A stretch of 64,000 nucleotides of DNA from Alphaproteobacteria bacterium (GTDB lineage Bacteria > Pseudomonadota > Alphaproteobacteria > Bin95). Below, one piece after another: positions 62,105-64,000 of this stretch. How positions within the stretch are numbered: position 1 is the first letter of the stretch; each line of letters opens with the position of its first letter. A program made the position numbers and the translations under genes. The DNA lies in contig CBDBGH010000003.1 in NCBI GenBank assembly GCA_965205265.1, positions 960,001 to 1,024,000 of the forward strand. Direction: 5' to 3'. The notes beneath the pieces are model-generated. The model saw only the letters and a program-made list of their open reading frames with translations. It searched no databases and was not told the DNA's origin.

Positions 62105-64000
62105 AGCAATATCCTGAGCGCCTCGCCGCGCGGCCCGGAGAGACCGGGGTCGCGGTCGACGATCAGGCGCGCCTCGTCGCGGGCCATGCGCAGCATGTCG
62201 CCGTGCTCCTCCAGGTCGGCGATGCGGAATACCGGCAGCCCGCTCTGCCTGGTGCCGAGCAATTCGCCGGCGCCCCGCAGTTCGAGATCGGCCTCGGCGA
62301 TCCGGAAGCCGTCGTCGCATTCCCTGAGCAGCCGCAGGCGCTTTTCCGCCGCCTCCCCGAGCGGCTCCCCGTAGAGCAGCACGCAGGCGCCCGTCTGCCC
62401 GCCGCGGCCGACGCGGCCGCGAAGCTGGTGCAGCTGCGCGAGGCCGAACCGGTCCGCCTGCTCGATGACCATGATGTCCGCCGCCGGGACATCGACGCCG
62501 ACCTCGATCACGGTGGTGGCCACGAGCAGGCTCGCGGTTCCTTCCGCAAACGCCGCCATGGCGGCCGCCTTGCGGTCCGTCGCCATGCGGCCGTGAATGA
62601 GCGCCAACCGGTCGCCGAACACCGGCTGGAGTTCCGCGAAGCGCGCTTCCGCGGCGGCAGCGTCGGTCTTGTCGCTCTCTTCCACCAGCGGGCAGACCCA
62701 GTAGGCGCGGCGCCCGGCGTCGATGGCCGCGCCGATGCGCTCCACGACCCGGTCGAGCTGTTCCATGCGCAGCACGCGCGTCTCGACCGGCTTGCGGCCG
62801 GGCGGCTTCTCGTCGAGGCGCGAAGTGTCGAGGTCTCCATAGGCCGTCATCAGCAGGGTTCGCGGGATGGGGGTCGCCGTCATGGCGAGCGTGTGGACAT
62901 CCCTGCCCTTGTCGGTGAGCGCCAGGCGCTGCTCGACGCCGAAGCGGTGCTGCTCGTCGATGACGGCGAGGCGCAGGTCCGCGAAGGCCACCCTCTCCTG
63001 GAAGAGGGCATGGGTTCCGACGACGACCGGCAAGGCGCCGGAAGCCAGCGCCGCCACCACGCTGCGCCGCGTGCCGGCGCGGCCCCGTCCGGTCAACAGG
63101 CCGACTTCCAGTCCGGCGGGCTCCAGCAGGGCGCCCAGCGTCTCGAAATGCTGCTGCGCCAGGATTTCCGTGGGCGCCATGATCGCGGCCTGGCCGCCGG
63201 AGTCATGCGCCGCCGCCGCCGCCAGCGCGGCGACGACCGTCTTGCCGCTGCCGACATCTCCCTGGAGCAGGCGCATCATGCGCTGGCCGGAGGCGAGGTC
63301 GCCGCCGATCTCCGCCAGCGCCCGGCGCTGCGCCCCGGTGAGCGCGAAGGGCAAATGCGCCTCCACGGCCCGGCAGGCGGGTCCGTCCAGCGAAAAGGAA
63401 CGGGCGGCGCTGCGGCGCTGATGGTGGCGGACCAGCGCCATGGCGAGCTGGCTTGCCAGCAATTCGTCATAAGCGAGGCGGCGGCGCGCCGGATGGCCGG
63501 GCATCGCGCCGGCTGCGTCTTCCGGGCGGTGCGCGCCAAGCAGCGCCTCCCGCCAGGCGGACCACCGTTCGCGGGCCAGCACCGAGGGCGATTGCCATTC
63601 TGGAAGGTCCGGGGCCGCATCGAGCGCGGCGCCGGCCGCGCGGCGGTAAACCCTCGGGCCCAGCCCCTGCGTCAGGGGATAGACCGGCTCCACCGCCTTG
63701 GCCGGCGTCCACCTTTCCGGCCGCTCGATCACATCGGGATGGGCGATTTGCGGCGCCGAGCGGTACCATTCGACGAGGCCGCTCACCACCCGGGACTCGC
63801 CGACAGGCAGCGCGGACGCCAGATAGTCGGGGCGGGCGTTGAAGAACACGAGATCGATGGCGCCCGTGTCGTCCCGGCAGCGCACCTTGTAGGGCAGGCG
63901 GGTGCCGCGCGGGGGCGGGCGGTGCTCCTCGACGAGAAGGGTGAAGGTGGCGATGCGTCCGTCCGGCGCTTCGGCGACGGACGGCGCGAAGCGCCGGTCC
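62056..64000 (-). CDS. recG: ATP-dependent DNA helicase RecG (N-terminus beyond window)
   Basis: QGDVGSGKT, DEQHRFGV, MTATPIPR, QLHQLRGRVGRG, DLELRG.GE..GTRQSG. Confidence 0.96.
   Translation of the reverse strand, partial: DRRFAPSVAEAPDGRIATFTLLVEEHRPPPRGTRLPYKVRCRDDTGAIDLVFFNARPDYLASALPVGESRVVSGLVEWYRSAPQIAHPDVIERPERWTPAKAVEPVYPLTQGLGPRVYRRAAGAALDAAPDLPEWQSPSVLARERWSAWREALLGAHRPEDAAGAMPGHPARRRLAYDELLASQLAMALVRHHQRRSAARSFSLDGPACRAVEAHLPFALTGAQRRALAEIGGDLASGQRMMRLLQGDVGSGKTVVAALAAAAAHDSGGQAAIMAPTEILAQQHFETLGALLEPAGLEVGLLTGRGRAGTRRSVVAALASGALPVVVGTHALFQERVAFADLRLAVIDEQHRFGVEQRLALTDKGRDVHTLAMTATPIPRTLLMTAYGDLDTSRLDEKPPGRKPVETRVLRMEQLDRVVERIGAAIDAGRRAYWVCPLVEESDKTDAAAAEARFAELQPVFGDRLALIHGRMATDRKAAAMAAFAEGTASLLVATTVIEVGVDVPAADIMVIEQADRFGLAQLHQLRGRVGRGGQTGACVLLYGEPLGEAAEKRLRLLRECDDGFRIAEADLELRGAGELLGTRQSGLPVFRIADLEEHGDMLRMARDEARLIVDRDPGLSGPRGEALRILLYLFERDAGVRLLRSG

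Overview
High-GC alphaproteobacterial chromosome segment; the gene order (ubiG<>lysC-ptsP-rodZ-ispG-hisS-prfA-prmC; def-fmt-truA; purD<>xseA; cinA-pgpA-ispDF<>ntrBC-ntrYX-trkA-dat-hfq-hflX; recG) suggests Rhodospirillales-like affinity. Housekeeping blocks alternate with small catabolic clusters: TPP enzyme/VOC/LLM, valine catabolism plus an amidinotransferase, tandem VOC-FAH-CMD, 3-HAO/DHDPS/GcvT-like/GlxA, and a Dpp-type ABC transporter. I found no rRNA, tRNA, CRISPR array or transposase. The most striking signal is intergenic. Three diverged copies (about 19.2-20.5 kb +, 24.0-24.5 kb +, 39.2-39.6 kb -) share one architecture: an AT-rich island with a promoter, a conserved ~120-nt GC-rich multi-stem motif, an RBS with a variable ORF, and a gaplessly alignable 68-bp tail ending in CATGACA-N3-CATGAC. 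One copy carries a 198-aa repeat protein and is interrupted by a 248-bp MITE with perfect 23-bp TIRs and an 8-bp target duplication. Also notable: a UbiG fused to a nitrile-hydratase-beta-like domain, a second MITE-like insert nested in a REP hairpin, REP doublets with a flipped spacer, no dusB upstream of ntrB, and an apparent ATC start in dppB. All calls come from reading the sequence by eye; no database searches were run.
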